A stretch of 64,000 bases of DNA from a virus. The notes beneath the pieces are model-generated. The model did no database searches and was not told where the DNA came from. It saw nothing but the letters and a program-made list of their open reading frames with translations. The DNA lies in the IMG/VR virus record IMGVR_UViG_3300024999_000038, positions 1 to 64,000 of that record; one strand, 5' to 3'. The position numbers were made by a program, and so were the translations under genes. This document shows, in pieces, positions 61,301-64,000 of this stretch. Each line of letters opens with the position of its first letter. Within the stretch, counting starts at the first letter, position 1.

Positions 61301-63526
61301 GTCGATATAATTCAGATTTTAAATGTTCTCTTAATCATAATTTATCATTTTCTAAACAGATTAAAACTACAGATGAATGTCCTTTTGGTTAATACCTCGA
61401 AACATGCAACTCAAAGGAAAATTGCATAAATAACTGCAATTCAATTATTAATTGCTATAATTAAACTAAGGAGTGAAAAACATGAAACAATGGTATACAT
61501 GTTCAAATATGGAATGCGATTATAAGTCTAATGAATATCCAATGGTAATAAGAATCTATGAAATGGAAAATGAAATTGGAACAAGATGTCCAGTTTGTGG
61601 CAAGGTGTTACTTTATAATGCTCAGTAATCAAATTCAAAGGAGGAGAATATATAATATGTTTGGACATGAAAATTACGAATTGGAACTAGAATTTGATGA
61701 TGATTTACCTGTATATAATATCAGTGTTGAAGAGTGGAATTCTATGTCATCAGAACAGCAAGAGGAGTGCATTATAATCAATAACATCAAAGTAAAATAT
61801 TCTACTGATATCTCAGATACTTTATCAAGGGGATTTGGACATTTAGATAATTGGGGATTTTGGGAATATCAATGTAAATATGTTTAAGGGAAAGGAGATT
61901 TAAAACATGCAAGAATTTTTTCTAATTTGTTTTGAAAATACTACAAAAGCGGTCGATATTATTCAAGCAAATTCTGAAAATGAAGCTATACAAGAATATG
62001 CTGTAAATAGAGGTGGATGTTTGCAAGAAGAAAATGATATATTGTATTATAAAATACCGAAATCAGATTATAGATTATATGCACTAAATAATAATTATAC
62101 CAGAAAATGACGATTTGCAGGGATTTAAGAAAGGGGAGATAACTATGTTTGGTTTAGTAAGAAAACAAAAAATACTTAATCAGATTGCCTATATTGATTG
62201 TAACATTGACAAATGGAAAGATATTTGGAAAGATGCTAAAGATGAAAATGTTAGGATCACAGTATTAAACACACTAGACAATATTCATAACTTAGTTTTA
62301 GAAACTGCAAGATATATAGATAAGGCTTAAATTTATAAACCTATTATAAAAAGTATTTTGAAGGAGGATTTTAAAATGAAAACATTTTACGCAATGATTA
62401 TTGTTTTGTATTTAGGTGTTAGTTTGTTTATGTTTTCTATGTATCAATTTGTTCATCAGGTATTTGGATATCATGGTTATATTCATCTTATTATATTTAC
62501 GGTGTATACTTTAGTAAACATAGTTATTTTAATTGGATATACAATGGGAGTAAAAAGGGATATACAAACACCTATGAATTAATAATACTTGAAGTTAAAT
62601 AAAGGAGGAAATAATTATGAATGATTGTTTTACTTGTGAATATGCAGATAGGGATAAGCATAATAGATTTATTGACAGATGTTCTGGATTTGGTAACTGT
62701 AGTTATGTAGAATTTAAAGGGGATATTAAGTCCACATTATCGGAGATTATTAATATTCTTAACAAGAATCTCAATAATACCAATGACGATTATGCTAAAG
62801 GGTTTAAAGATGCCTTATCATTTATTGAAGTTTGGAATGAAGATGAATAATAACTTAAAATAATACTTTTATTTTATTTAAAAAATAAATTATAAAGGAG
62901 GAAATTTCAAACAATGGAGAAAAACAAATTAATTGACCTACTTGTAAAAGAATGTAATGATAGAGGTCTCTTACTATATGATTCAAATTTGTTAACTGTA
63001 TTAAGAGAATTAAGTACAGAAACAATTATTAATTATTTGAAGGAGAATGATTAAAATGGAAAAGAAAATCAAAAATATCTCAAAAGTATGCACATCTATG
63101 TCTTGCCCAAGTAAACAATTCCCATATTGTGCTGAGTGGTGTTTATCAGCAGTTTTAAAAGTTGAATATGAAAGAGATGAAAAATAAGAAATGAGTAATT
63201 ATTATTCAGTTGCAGTCATAGAAGATAAAACAGTTTATTATATGGGTAAGGCCAGTTCTGCTAGATTTATACTCCCATTATTCTTCAAAAACAATTGTGC
63301 CAACAAAACATTTTGCATCTATGGTGATGAAACTCATGCATGGTGTGAGGATAAATATGAATATGATGAAGGTTACGATCTTATCGAATTTGACAGTTAT
63401 CCGGCAATTGAGACAGAATGGGTTGAAGAACATTGTTTATCTAAAGAGCAATTTGATAAATTAATTCATGAAATTAGTGGAAAAGAAATTAGATTAGGTG
63501 ATAATGGAGATTTTATAATAGTTTGA
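58372..63526 (+). other. Cluster of ~20 small hypothetical genes (58372, 58595, 58788, 59183, 59442, 59695, 59967, 60333, 60660, 60914, 61114, 61482, ~61657, 61907, 62115, 62358, 62617, 63191 and others)
   Basis: Tightly packed plus-strand ORFs, each with an RBS; several are Cys-rich and 62358 is hydrophobic. Terminator at ~60226 and TTGACT-16-TATAAT promoter at 60271. Confidence 0.7.
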
Positions 63527-63663
63527 AAGAATGCTTTTAAGGCATTGTAATATAATTTAAGGATGTGATGATATACATGATTGTAAGGTGTTAGAGTTAA
63601 TTATACTTCTAAATACATAATAAAATAAATAAATAAAAATAAGAAGGATGGTAATGTATAAGC

Positions 63664-64000
63664 ATGAGCAATGAATTAACAATTTTTGAAGGTCAAGAAT
63701 TAGAAATCCTAACAAAAGAAGATGTAAATTTTGAGTTTGAGGGAACTGTATTGCTTAATGGAATACAATGTGTTTCAATATTAGGGTATACAAATCAAAA
63801 TAGAGATATTGAAAGACATTGTGAAGAAGAAGATATCTATATAATTACTAAAGAAAAACTCAGTACCGAAATGGTATTGAAGTTAAAACTCAATACATAT
63901 GAACTTACACTAGGCCAAAGAGGTACTAAGTTTATAAATGAAGATGGAGTATTCGACTTGATTTATAATTCAAAATTACCCAATGCTAAACAATTTAAAA
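63664..64000 (+). CDS. BRO-N domain (antirepressor-like) protein, partial
   Basis: Hand translation MSNELTIFEG..LGY.N..I.RHC..FINEDGVFDLIYNSKLPNAKQFK. Confidence 0.8.
   Translation, partial: MSNELTIFEGQELEILTKEDVNFEFEGTVLLNGIQCVSILGYTNQNRDIERHCEEEDIYIITKEKLSTEMVLKLKLNTYELTLGQRGTKFINEDGVFDLIYNSKLPNAKQFK

Overview
A very AT-rich 64-kb segment of a large SPbeta-like phage or prophage. The host is probably a spore-forming Firmicute (inferred from Spo0A boxes, a parS-like site, sigmaA promoters and AGGAGG RBSs). Left arm (1-30 kb, minus strand): packaging/late module in SPbeta yonD-yonO order, with YonD-like, portal, terminase (its 5' end out of frame), YonG-like, ClpP-like protease, metallophosphoesterase, a PBECR-like nuclease followed by a structured RNA, YonK, tRNA-Thr(UGU), HU, GIY-YIG, PIN-PhoH and a YonO-type single-subunit RNA polymerase. 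It continues with a multi-TRD C5 DNA methyltransferase, Zn-ribbon endonucleases, an SF1 helicase, and a frameshifted Rep-like gene next to iteron-like repeats. Transcription diverges at a ~2-kb non-coding hub (30-31.9 kb) that holds clustered Spo0A boxes, a 16 x 11-bp phased array and a parS-like palindrome. Right arm (plus strand): 31.9-44.5 kb is an array of ~16 self-contained cassettes (promoter-RBS-ORF-terminator) separated by a recurring imperfect palindrome. From 44.7 kb a long early operon of small genes starts with a ~530-nt structured leader containing an rRNA-type boxA and is punctuated by ~16 long intergenic hairpins, most showing an (Y)ATAACA motif in the loop. Best candidates for undescribed systems: the boxA leader plus AUAACA hairpins, the cassette array, the nuclease plus downstream ncRNA pair, and the Spo0A/parS/11-mer hub. 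Protein assignments come from motif recognition by eye; no searches were run.
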